Source of the DNA: the human T2T-CHM13v2.0 reference genome, Homo sapiens
Assembly (NCBI RefSeq): GCF_009914755.1
Contig: NC_060926.1
Length of the DNA: 64,000 nucleotides
Direction: 5' to 3' (one strand)
Part shown: in pieces, positions 41,595 through 52,260 of the stretch
Layout: each line of letters begins with the position of its first letter
Numbering within the stretch: the stretch's first letter is position 1
Notes under the pieces: generated by a model
What the model was told of the DNA's origin: nothing
Seen by the model: the letters and a program-made list of their open reading frames with translations, nothing else
The model's database searches: none
Position numbers and translations under genes: made by a program

Positions 41595-41912
41595 TGAAGC
41601 TCTGAGCGGTTTTGTGAGCTCATGTTGGCCTCTGTGAATCTCAGCGGTTTTGTGAGCCCACATTTGCCTCTGTGAATCTCTGAGAGGTTTTGTGGCCCAT
41701 GTTGGCCTCTGTGAAGCTCTGAGCAGTTTTGTGAGCCCACATTCACGTCTGTGAATCTCTGAGAGGTTGTGTGAGCCCATGATGGCCTCTGTGAAGCTCT
41801 GAGCAGTTTTGTGAGCCCACATTCACCTCTGTGAATCTCTGAGAGGTTGTGTGAGCCCATGATGGCCTCTGTGAAGCTCTGAGCAGTTTTGTGAGCCCAG
41901 GCTGGCCTCTGT
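41595..41912. repeat. Minisatellite, 40 bp unit (80 bp dimer), ~8 copies
   Basis: TCTGTGAA recurs every 40 bp from 41708 to 41868, with alternating AAGCTCTGAGCAG and AATCTCTGAGAGG variants. Confidence 0.95.
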
Positions 41913-42394
41913 GCACTGTGCTTCTGCTTCCATCTCACCCCAACGGCTTTTGCCCGACGGTGTTGAAGGACACAGCAGCGTGTCCCAAGGCCACAGCCTC
42001 AGTGGTAGGTGGCCGTTGTTTGTTAGTTCAAGTACCAATTTTCATGAAAAGCAAGTCTTATCTCCTTCCGTGAGTTTTCTAGAAAATCACATACTGAATC
42101 ATTATTTAGCTCTAAACAATTCTGAGACAATAATAAATAAAACAGTGGTCATTTAGGGTCTATTCTGTGTTTCCAGCACCGGGAAGTTCACATGGATTAA
42201 GTAATTCTCCACATTCTGAGGTAAGCCCCCTCCCCACACGTTAGATAACACAGCGTCCAAGGCTTAGCCAAGACCACAGCTCAGAATTAGGGTCTAATAT
42301 AAATCACCAGAGTCCAGGACCTGGTGCTCTTCCTACCATGCTGCACCAACAGCCAGAGCTCACCCTGTCCACAATGACAGCCTGGTGTTTGATG

Positions 42395-43622
42395 AGTATC
42401 CGCAGGTGCACGGAAACACGGGCCACGGGACATTTCCCACGAGTGTTCACAAGGGGAATAAAAACACAGGCTGTGGGGCATTTCCCACGAGTGTTCACAA
42501 GGGGAATAAAAACACAGGCTGTGGGGCATTTCCCACGAGTGTTCACAAGGGGAATAAAAACACAGGTTGTGGGGCATTTCCCACGAGTGTCCGCAGGTGC
42601 ACAGAAACACAGGTCATGGGACATTTCCCTTGAGTGTTCACAGGTGCACAGAAACACGGGCCGTTGGGTGTTTCCCACGAGTGTTCACAGATGCACAGAA
42701 ACACGGGCTGTGGGACATTTCCCACGAGTGTTCACAAGGGGAATAAAAACACAGGCTGTGGGACATTTCCCACGAGTGTCTGCAGGTGCACAGAAACACA
42801 GGTCATGGGTCATTTCCCACGAGTGTTCACAGGTGCACAGAAACACGGGCCGTGGGACATTTCCCACGAGTGTTCACAAGTGGAATAAAAACACAGGCTG
42901 TGGGACATTTCCCACGAGTGTCTGCAGGTGCACAGAAACACAGGTCATGGGTCATTTCCCACGAGTGTTCACAGGTGCACAGAAACACGGGCTGTGGGAC
43001 ATTTCCCACGAGTGTTCACAAGGGGAATAAAAACACAGGCTGTGGGACATTTCCCACGAGTGTCTGCAGGTGCACAGAAACACAGGTCATGGGTCATTTC
43101 CCACGAGTGTTCACAGGTGCACAGAAACACGGGCCGTGGGACATTTCCCACGAGTGTTCACAAGTGGAATAAAAACACAGGCTGTGGGACATTTCCCACG
43201 AGTGTCTGCAGGTGCACAGAAACACAGGTCATGGGACATTTCCCACGAGTGTTCACAGGTGCACAGAAACACGGGCCATGGGACATTTCCCACGAGTGTT
43301 CACAAGGGGAATAAAAACACAGGCTGTGGGACATTTCCCACGAGTGTCCGCAGGTGCACAGAAACACAGGTCATGGGACATTTCCCTTGAGTGTTCACAG
43401 GTGCACAGAGACACGGGCCGTTGGGTGTTTCCCACGAGTGTTCACAGGTGCACAGAAACACGGGCCATGAGACATTTCCCACGAGTGTTCACAAGGGGAA
43501 TAAAAACACAGGCTATGGGGCATTTCCCACGAGTGTTCACAAGGGGAATAAAAACACAGGCTATGGGGCATTTCCCACGAGTGTCCGCAGGTGCACAGAA
43601 ACATGGGCAGTGGGATGTTTCC
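42395..43622. repeat. Composite minisatellite, 47-48 bp units, ~26 copies, with 142/284 bp higher-order periods
   Basis: Invariant core CATTTCCCACGAGTGT followed by one of three tails; ORF starts recur every 142 bp (42786, 42928, 43070, 43212). Confidence 0.97.
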
Positions 43623-43923
43623 ATGGGTCACCTAATTCCAGCCAAGGTGGACAAACCTTCCTGAACAGAATGGGCGTTGTCAGTGTGGAGAAGTATCCAC
43701 AGGCTATGGCCGCAGAAGCTGCTGGATGGCTGAGAGGCGTCTCCAGGAAATAAATGGGGTGCCTGTTAGATAGCACAGGATCTCTGAGAGCCCTCTGACT
43801 TTACTGAACACACTATGAGCAGCTAGGACATTTTAGTGCAGCTCGCTTGGGCTTGTGAGGGCTGCTTTCTGTCCAGATTCTGACTGCTGTGAAGAGTCAT
43901 TGGCTGACTCAACAAATATTCCT

Positions 43924-44310
43924 TGTAATAGTTGGCTCAGGCTTCCATAACAGAAACCCACAGACAAGGTGACTTATATGACATGGATTTATCCTCTCCC
44001 AGTTCTGGAGGCCAGAAGCCGAAGATCAAGGTTTGGGCAGGGCTGGTTCCTCCTGAGGCCTCTCTCCTTGGCTTGCAGCTGCTGTCTTCTCTCTGTGTCC
44101 TCAGGTGATCATCCCTCTAGGTGCAACTGTGCCCTCATCTCCTCTTCTTATAAGGACACCAGTCATATTGGATCAGGGTCTAGTCTGTGACCTCATTTCA
44201 ACTCGATTACCTCCTTAAATTCCCTGTCTCCAAGACAGTCACTTCTGAAATGCTGAAGGCTATGACTTTAACCTACGAATGGGGGAAGAAGGTGAATTTG
44301 GCCCCTAACA
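43924..44310 (-). mobile_element. MLT1B-like MaLR LTR
   Basis: CAGTTCTGGAGGCCAGAAG...GGCTGGTTCCTCCTGAGGCCTCTCTCCTTGGCTTGCAG...CTTATAAGGACACCAGTCATATTGGAT. Confidence 0.9.
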
Positions 44311-44566
44311 TAGATGATAACACAGGTTCATGGTTGAGAGAGATGGAGGAGAGAAATGGACACAGCCCTGGGAGCTCATGTCCACACAGGGAACCTCAGT
44401 AAGGGGTGGGGGCCAGTGTGAGGGGTGAAGGGTCAGATGTGAAGCCCCCTGCCTGCCAGGCAGCAAGTGCCCCTGAGTTGTGCTGCCTGGAGGAGGATGC
44501 ACACTGGGCCACTGTGGCTAGGCGGATCTACCATATTTGAGAACATTGGTCCAAGAGGCCCAATTG

Positions 44567-45274
44567 TGACCTCTTGTCTGGAGGTGCAGGTGCACCTCCA
44601 GTAGCAGGGTGTGTCTCAAACGGGTCTGGCCTCATGCTGGGCAGCGTCCAGCCTCTCCAGCCTCATTCCACCCAGACTCTGCCCTCATGCACAGTTTCTG
44701 AACGTAGGCACCGTCATTCACCACTTCCTACCAATGAGGACTCTACGTTCTTCCCCATTGACAACAGAAGGGACATCTTTAATGTGCTCCTGTATCTCTC
44801 CTTTGCCTGGAAGAGCCTCCTAAATGTCTGTCTGACATCCCCAAAGGTCTGTCAATGCACAGCTCAGATGCCTCTCTCCTGATCACTTTTCCAACGTGAC
44901 TTCTCTGGGAAAGACACATCAATTACTTTTTGGCTCCTAAGCATCATGGTTTATTACACAGTTGAGTCATATATTAAAATACTAATAATATGTATGTGCA
45001 TGTGTGTGTGTGTGAGTGTGTGTGTGTAGGGGCAAGGGGGTTTGGTTGGGAGGAGTGTACATGTGCATGTGTGCGTGTGAGTGCATGTGTACACCTGTGT
45101 GTGCATGTGTGCCTGTGTGTGCATGTGTGTACATGTGTGTGCGTGTGTGTGTGTAGGAGCAGCCTGCCCAGTTCATGGGTCGATGGCACCGTGGATGTGG
45201 CAGGCTTGGTGTCAGGCCCGTGTGCGACGCACCCTGCTGCTGGAGGTGCACCTGCACCTCCAGATAAGAGGTCA
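44567..45274. repeat. Inverted repeat pair (49 bp core, ~84 bp extended) around a ~540 bp spacer
   Basis: 44567-44615 is the reverse complement of 45226-45274 at 46/49 positions. Confidence 0.9.
44990..45154. repeat. Degenerate (TG)n tract
   Basis: TGTGTGTG/TGCATGTG runs. Confidence 0.9.
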
Positions 45275-45502
45275 AAAACATCCAGCCCAGCTGCCAGCCT
45301 GGGGCCCTGGGCAGAGGCCGGTGGCTAATGTGTTAGACATTCAGCTAACACATTTTGGTAAGGGGTGAAAACAATCTATTGTACCAGTGACTAATCTATT
45401 CCTTGCTCATTGTTAATTCAGCTCAACTAAGAAAGTTCATGGCGGCGGGAGGCCCAGGTGAGGGTGGCCATGGGGACCACAGTGGCTTCTGCCTGGAAGG
45501 TG

Positions 45503-46363
45503 TTGATGATAAAAGCCGAACAATAAAATTGTCACAGAGGTTCTTAGCCAAATATGAGTGGCCATGACCCGTAATGCAGCACTGAGGTGTCCTCAGATCC
45601 TGTGCTCAAGGTGTTCGGGCTACAGCTTGGTCGTATACATTTTAGGGAGGCAGAAGTTACAGGTTTACACTGGTTCAGCCCAGAAAGGTGGACATCTCAA
45701 AGCAAGGGCTCACAGATCACAGGTGGATTCAAAGATTTTTGGAGTGACGATTGGTTGACAGACTTCAGCTTTGCCTAAAGAGTGAAGTCAGCAGAAAGAA
45801 ATGCTCCAGCAGAAAGATAAGGGCCTTGTGGAAACCAAGATTCACAGTATGGAGATGAAGCCTTCAGGCAGCAGCTTCAGAGAGAATCGATGGCAAATGC
45901 TTCCTATAGGACCTTAAAAGATGTCAGGCCTTAGTTAAATCTCTCCTGGATCAGAAAAGGGCCTAGTAAGGGATTCTCCACAGAATGCAGATATTCCCAG
46001 CAAAAGACGCCTTTGCAGGGCCATTTCAGAATATGTAAGGGAGATATAGTTGGGGTTAATATATTTTGATTTCCTTCAGGACCTGCTATTTTTCATGTGA
46101 TGCTATGCCAGGGCCAGGTTGGAGTGGGGAATCTGATTACTATAAGGAGTCTGTTTGGATAGTGTTTTGATGTCTGCTTTAGCGCTAATGCTGGTCAGCT
46201 GGTCCTGAACTCCACAGGGAGGAGGGTATAATGTGGTCTGTCCAACCCCACTTCCTGCCATCATGGGCTGAACCGGTTTTTTGAATTTTTAGGGGGGGAT
46301 CCCCGTGGCAAAGAGGGGGCCCATTCAGTCGGTTGAAGGACTTAGAATTTTATCTATTTTACA
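45503..46363 (-). mobile_element. MER4D/E-like ERV1 solo LTR
   Basis: TATACATTTTAGGGAGGCAGAAGTTAC, GGTGGATTCAAAGATTTT and the CCATTCAGTCGGTTG...CTTAGAATTTTAT...TTTACA terminus. Confidence 0.85.
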
Positions 46364-46429
46364 AAGGACACCAGAGGCTCTTCTCAAACAGAACTGGCAC
46401 TGCCTGACAGGCTACCTCTCACGAAGCCA

Positions 46430-46585
46430 GCATCACAACTGAGCACACGATTTTATTCAGTCCTCTCAGGAAAGAGCAGTTTTGTTTCACAGATGAGAAA
46501 ACCAAGCCAGGGAGAGCTTCACTTACCTCTCCAAGGTAAATACCTGGTAGCTGCTGAACCGAGAGTTTGGGCAGAGGCTTTTCAA
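46430..46585 (-). mobile_element. MIR fragment
   Basis: TTTCACAGATGAGAAAACCAAG...TTACCTCTCCAAGGT MIR core. Confidence 0.6.
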
Positions 46586-47282
46586 AAAGTCTTGAAGCTC
46601 TCCAACACCGTGAGACATGGATGCCCGTGAGGCACCTTCCTACGTACCGAAAGGGAATGTGCAGTGGAGGGGGAATCCCAACATCGTCTTTGGAAAGAGC
46701 AAGGGACAGACCAGTCCTGTAGGACCTCCCTCCCACCACCTTCACCCTTCTCTTCTCTCTCTCCTGTCAGCATCTGAGTTCCTTCCTTGGTCTGCCTGCT
46801 TCCCCATGGTGGGGGTGGCCCACCCGCCTCAGCCTCTGGCCGTCACTCCCCGGAGCTGGAGCCATGCCCGGCCAGCCGGTCGTCCACCCCTGATTCCTGC
46901 TCTTCTAATCCATCCCACACAAACTGCTGCTGGATGGATCTCCCAGAACAAACCCTGTGCTCACACCACGGCCAGACCTAAGGGCTCCTGCAGGCCACAG
47001 AAGCGTTTCCCTGGGGAAGGTGGTTGCCACGAGCTTCACAGACAGGCACAATCACATTCATCTCGGAGATACTCGTGTAAGACTCGGTGTTGCTGAAAAC
47101 ACATGTGTGTCTTTGTTAAACTCTGGGATTACAGGGATTCTTTAAGTTCCTAACACATATGATGAATATCCAGGAGAGAATCAAAGACTCACTTGCTCTT
47201 TCCAAAGGACCTGATCAGAGTCCTTATCTCCTGGTAAAAGAAACACCATTTGGCAAATGCTGGAACGCTGGTTTACAGGACA

Positions 47283-47510
47283 CCGTGGCTTGAAGGTGCC
47301 CCCAATGTTTGTGTGTTGGAAACTTCATCCCCAGAGACACGGCCTTGGGAGGTGGGAACTTAGAGGGGCGAGTGGGCGGTAAGAGCTCTGCCCTCAGGAA
47401 GATTCATCCTTCATCGCAGGAGTGGGTTTCTGATTAAAAAAAAAAGGGATAGGGTTCTCTCTCTCTCTCTCACCTCTCTCTCTCTCTCCCTCTCTCCCTC
47501 TCCCTCACTA
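47283..47510 (+). mobile_element. MST/MLT1A-type LTR 5' part ending in (CT)n
   Basis: GTGTTGGAAACTTCATCCCCA...TTGGGAGGTGGG...GAGCTCTGCCCTCAGGAA. Confidence 0.7.
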
Positions 47511-47514
47511 TGCC

Positions 47515-48420
47515 CATTAGGACACACATAGGCTGGAAGAGAAAGGATGAAAAAATACATTCCCTAGAAACAGAAAGCAAATGGGAGCAACGGTGGCCAC
47601 ACTCCTGTCAGATTAAATGGACGTTAAGTCAAACCTGTAAAAAGAGATCAAGAGAGTCATGATGTGAGGTTGAATGGGTGGCTTCATCAAGAGCATGTAA
47701 CAATTGTAAATACATCTTTACCAGCGTCAGAGCATCTAAGTATATAAGCAAATGTTACTAAATCTGAAGGGAGAAGCAGGCAGCAAGTCAATTAAGTAAC
47801 AATATTGAGAGGCCTCAGGGGCCCACCGCCAGCAGGGGGCAGACCATCCAGGTGGAAAATCAGTGAAGAAGGATTGGCCTTAAACTACGTGTCAGGCACC
47901 TGGGCTCACTGGCCCATTGAGACCATCCCATCCAGCAGCAGCCAGAAACATGCTCTTCTCTAGTGTCCCAGAGCATTCTCCAGGATAGACTGTACACTGA
48001 GGCACAAAACAAGTCCTGCCTGATTTAAAGAGACCAGAATTACATCAAATACCATTCCCAGCCACAGTGGTACGAAGCTAGAATCAATAACGGAAGGGAT
48101 TTCAGAAGATCCGCAAAGGCGGGGAAATTAAACACCTTACTTCTGAATCACCAGTGGGTCCATGAAAACATTATAGAGGACATTTAAATACATCTTGAGA
48201 CAAATGAAAATGGAAACACAACATATTAAAATCTATGGGACACAGCAAAGCAGTTCTAAGAAGGAAGTTTTTGGCAATAAACACCTACATCAAAAAAGAA
48301 GAAAGACGCCAAATAAACAGCCTCACGTTACACCTCACGAAACCCGGGGAAGCCAGAACACACTAAGCCCCCACTTAGCAGAAGGAAGGAATGGTAAAGG
48401 CCGGACAAGGAACAAAGGAA
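47515..48420 (+). mobile_element. Old L1 ORF2 endonuclease-region fragment
   Basis: GACACACATAGGCTG...GGATGAAAAAATACATTCC, CATTCTCCAGGATAGAC and GAGACAAATGAAAATGGAAACACAACATA. Confidence 0.85.
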
Positions 48421-48799
48421 CCGTCTTCATACCTCACCACGCCGCATTCCTTGTCTATGAATATTGATTATTTATTTTGTAATTGATCCCTGGCAGTGTT
48501 CTATCATCATTCCTCCTTCTTTGTGCCTGGAGACCCGATGCTGAGTCACCAACCTGCCTTCTTGTCTGCCTGGTATCGTGTGGCTCCGCCTTTTGCGTTC
48601 ACTTCCTGGGTCTCATTTCCTGAGGATTTCCTGTGTGGAACACACACTTGGGTTTTGTTTTGCAATCTCACAAAATATACTTTCTTCATTAGATCAATGA
48701 ATGGAAGCATGGTTAACTATTTCGTGTGATACAGTGTCTTCCTTTGGTCCTTTGGTCACAGAAGGAGGAAAACGGTCCTCCCTGACTGTCCGGCCCCTC

Positions 48800-49050
48800 T
48801 CAAAACTTCACGTGGGACACTAGGTCAGGGTGGGGGCTGAGGGGTTTCCACACCAACCACTCTCCATCTCCCTAAATACCAGCTGGGTGTCCTACAACTT
48901 AACTCAAGTCTGATGCTTTCTACCTGGGGTTAGCCCAGGCCCCTGGGCTAAAGACTCAGCCCCACAAGGTTGCCCCTCTTCAGATGCCACTCCCAGGATC
49001 AGTGTCCCTGGTTATCCCCACGTCTGTACAACTTGGCTCCAAACTGGGTC
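48800..49050 (-). mobile_element. MER21-like LTR fragment
   Basis: ACCAGCTGGGTGTCCTACAACTTAACTCAAGTCTGA...TACCTGGGGTTAGC...CTCAGCCCACAAG...CTTCAGATGCCA. Confidence 0.75.
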
Positions 49051-49395
49051 ATCAGCTGTGTCACACAAGCACTACACTAACGTCAGGTGTTAACAGGAGA
49101 ATGTGGGTGTGGGACACGGAAACACGCTTTCCAATCTGTGCAACTTTTCAGTAAATCTAAAACTATTCTAAACTTGTTTTAAAAAGTGTACTCTTGAAGG
49201 TGCTATAGGATAGATAAAACACTTCAGAAATATCAATGAATATACAGTCTATTACAAATTGATGTAAAATTTTTAATTCTTTTTTTGTAAGCTTGCTACA
49301 AAATTGTAAATGAGCTAGTGGTAAGCTTTGGGTTTATCATTATAACATACTGACAGAATCTCATTTTATTGCTACTTTTTGCTTCCTGTCTCCAG

Positions 49396-49435
49396 AGGCT
49401 GACAAAAGAAAAAAGACGAATTAAAACTCTTGAAG
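49396..49435 (+). other. Candidate 40-nt exon
   Basis: TACTGAC branch-like motif at ~49348, acceptor TTTTTGCTTCCTGTCTCCAG|, purine-rich body, donor AAG|GTACGT. Confidence 0.4.
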
Positions 49436-50139
49436 GTACGTAATTTTCCATACATCACCAAGCAATAAAAACATCAGCAAAAAATTAAAGATTGCAATTT
49501 AGTCTAGCTTTATAACTAATACATGAGAAGTGCATTTAAGCAATTTAAATTAATAGCATGTCACAGCAATAAAGCTGTTGCTTTTTTTCTAAGTCAAATA
49601 TATACATTTTATAATAGTGCTTAGCTTTTTAGCATTCTAATATACAACTTTTAAAATCACTGTGGAATTGCATCCAGATAAGGCTGCATTTCTCCTCCCC
49701 CAGGAACTTCCTGCTCTCCTCCCTGCCCAGCCCTGTGCCCCTCACCCTGGGGCCCCAGGCTCTTCTCTTCTCTCTGGCACTGATTTTCTGTGACCTTTGC
49801 TCTTCTATCCTATCCTTGGGCTACAATTTACTAGATTTATTGAATTAAAATTTTTCTCTCCTGCAAAAGCTAACAGGTCAAGGAAAAGAAGGAATGCTCA
49901 GGCAAGTCTAAGTTCAGTGTGCTTGTGTTTCTCTCTGCAGAGGCTCACACGTAGCACACACTGCACACGGCACGGCCGTGTGGACTCAGCCCTCACCACC
50001 ACCTCGTCCTTGGGCCTCAGAGGAGCAGCAGGACCTCCCCCCAGCCTGAGGAGAGTTAAGGACTCTTGTCCAAGAACATTTCAAAAAACTGAGTTTTAAA
50101 GATCGAATTGGCTGCTATTCATGATGCATGGACTGGCAA

Positions 50140-50385
50140 CGAACCATCCAAGTATACCATTCACAGCGTACCACCCATACCACCCACAGCTTACTATCCA
50201 AGCATATCATCCACAGCATATCACCCACAGCATACCATCCAAGCATACCATCCACAGCATATCACCCACAGCATACCATCCAAGCATACCATCCACAGTA
50301 TACCATCCACAGCATACCACCCACAGCATACTATCCAAGTGTACCATCCAAGCGTACCACCCACAGTGTGCCATCCACAGCACAG
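50140..50385. repeat. Degenerate minisatellite, 13-14 bp units
   Basis: Interleaved CATACCATCCACAG, CATACCATCCAAG and CATATCACCCACAG. Confidence 0.9.
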
Positions 50386-50479
50386 ATAGGGCTTCCCCAG
50401 GCAATGCCCATGGTCTGTTTCTGCAGGCAGCTTGGGCGGGAAGGAGGAGGTGACCTGCTGCAAGCTGGCAGGAAATCGG

Positions 50480-50837
50480 GTTCATCCATTTGTGCTGCTG
50501 TAACAAATGCCAAGGATGGACAGTCGCCAACGACAGAGATTGATCTCTCCTAGTACTGAGGCTGTGAAGCCCAAGATCGAGGCACCTGCAGGGTCAGTGT
50601 CTGAGGAGGGCCTGGGCTCTGTTTTCAGGAGGGCGCCTGGAGCTGTGTCTCACATGGAGGAAGACAGGAATGGCCAGGGCCGCTGGCTTCAGCCTCTCCT
50701 ATGAAATCACTAATCACACTCACAAGGGCTTCACCCACTGGCAGGACTTGATCCCCTGTGAAGAGCCCCCTTAATGCCATCACGTTGGTGCTTAAGTTTC
50801 AACACAAGGATGTGGGGGGCACATTCAGACCACAGCA
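50480..50837 (-). mobile_element. MST/MLT1A-type LTR
   Basis: TGCTGCTGTAACAAATGCC...AAGCCCAAGATCGAGGCACCTGCAG...GTGTCTGAGGAGGGCC...ACATTCAGACCACAGCA. Confidence 0.8.
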
Positions 50838-50861
50838 GATAACATCAGTAGCATTCATGTT

Positions 50862-51213
50862 TGACATGGTTTAGCTGTGTCCCACCCAAATCTCACCTCA
50901 AATTGTAAAAATCCCCACATATTGTGAGAGGGACCTGGTAGGAGGTGATGGAATCATGAAGGCAGGATTCCCTCACACTGTACTCATCGTAGCGGATAAG
51001 TCTCACGAGATCTGATGGTTTTATAAAGGGTAGTTCCCCTGCACACACTCTCTTGCCTGCCGCCACATAAGACATGGCTTTGCTCTTCCTTCCTCTTCCA
51101 CCATGATTGTGAGGCCTCCCCAGCCATGCAGAACTGTGAGTCCATTAAACCTTTTTCCTTTATAAATTACTCAGACTTGAGGCTGCTTTATTAGCCCAGG
51201 ACAGACTAATACA
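50862..51213 (+). mobile_element. THE1C-like solo LTR with 5 bp TSD
   Basis: TGACATGGTTTAGCTGTGTCCCACCCAAATCTCA...GACTAATACA; ATGTT at 50857-50861 and 51214-51218. Confidence 0.93.
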
Positions 51214-51864
51214 ATGTTCCTTTCCTCTTGCGGGCTAAAGCCCAGGGATGTTCTCATCCTGCCAGCTCGAGGTGGCTGGGCCCCTCCTGATGGGTGGCTG
51301 TGAATCTCCTGTTTTTGGAAAGTTGACCTGTTTTTAAGCTCAGTTTGGTGACCTGGCACCTGGCACAGGTGACTTCAATCTGCCTAGTCTGCCCAGGTGG
51401 GGCCTAGTGACAGGAACTCAGTATAAAACAACGGCCCCCTGTAAACCGGAACACTCTAATGCGTGAAGTAAAACACTCCCTTGCAGCTGACGTTTAGGGA
51501 GGCAAACCAGGCCCCAGAAGTGACATTTCATTTTGCTGCTGGCATTGAGACCACGTATTCAAGCTTCAGGTTGAAAATTCAATTTTAAATGTACGCCCTA
51601 TGTCATTTATGGCACTGTTATCAGAAGACTCTGGGTCTCCCCCTGAGGTTACACTTTCCTCATCTCCTTCCAGAAATCCAATGTTTAATGCTTTGAGTGT
51701 GAGGATACAGTAAAGAGGGGTGGAGACAACAAAAATAACAAATTGTGCTCCCTGCTGTTGAGGGGTTTGAGGTGTGGTTGTCCTTTCTTAAGGGAAAATT
51801 TTGCCAAGATATGCAGCTTGTGATTTGCAGCTCTGTGTGTGTGTCTGTGTGTGTGTGTGTGTGA

Positions 51865-52260
51865 AGGCTGCCATGACAAAGCACCCCAGAAATTCATCCT
51901 CTCACATCCCAGGGCTGGAAGTCCCAGATCCAGGTGCAGGCAGGGCTGCTTCCTCCTGAGGCCTCCGTCCTCAGCCTGTAGACACCGACATCCCCCAGGG
52001 CCTCACATCCTGAGGTCTCCCTCCTCGGCTTATAGACACCGACATCCCCCGGGGCCTCACAGGGTCCTTCCTCTGTGTGTGTCTGTGTCCTGATCTCCTC
52101 GTCTCATAAGGACACCATCCTGTGGGATTGGGGCCCACCCTCATAACTTCCTATTACCTTAATCCCCTCTTTCTAGGCCCCGTCCCTAACTGGAGCCCCA
52201 TTCTGAGACACTAGGGATTAAGACTTCAGCCTATGGATTTGGGGACATGATTCACCCTGC
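51865..52260 (-). mobile_element. MLT1B-like LTR with internal 54 bp duplication, preceded by (TG)n
   Basis: GGCTGGAAGTCCCAGATCCAGGTG...CATAAGGACACCA; a TCCTGAGG...GGCCTCACA block at 51954 and 52008. Confidence 0.85.

Noticed and set aside
42395-43622. CRISPR-like appearance (constant core plus variable intervening sequence)
   Set aside because: The intervening segments are three recurring related variants rather than unique spacers, there are no cas genes, and the context is primate DNA with Alu and L1. It is a composite minisatellite.
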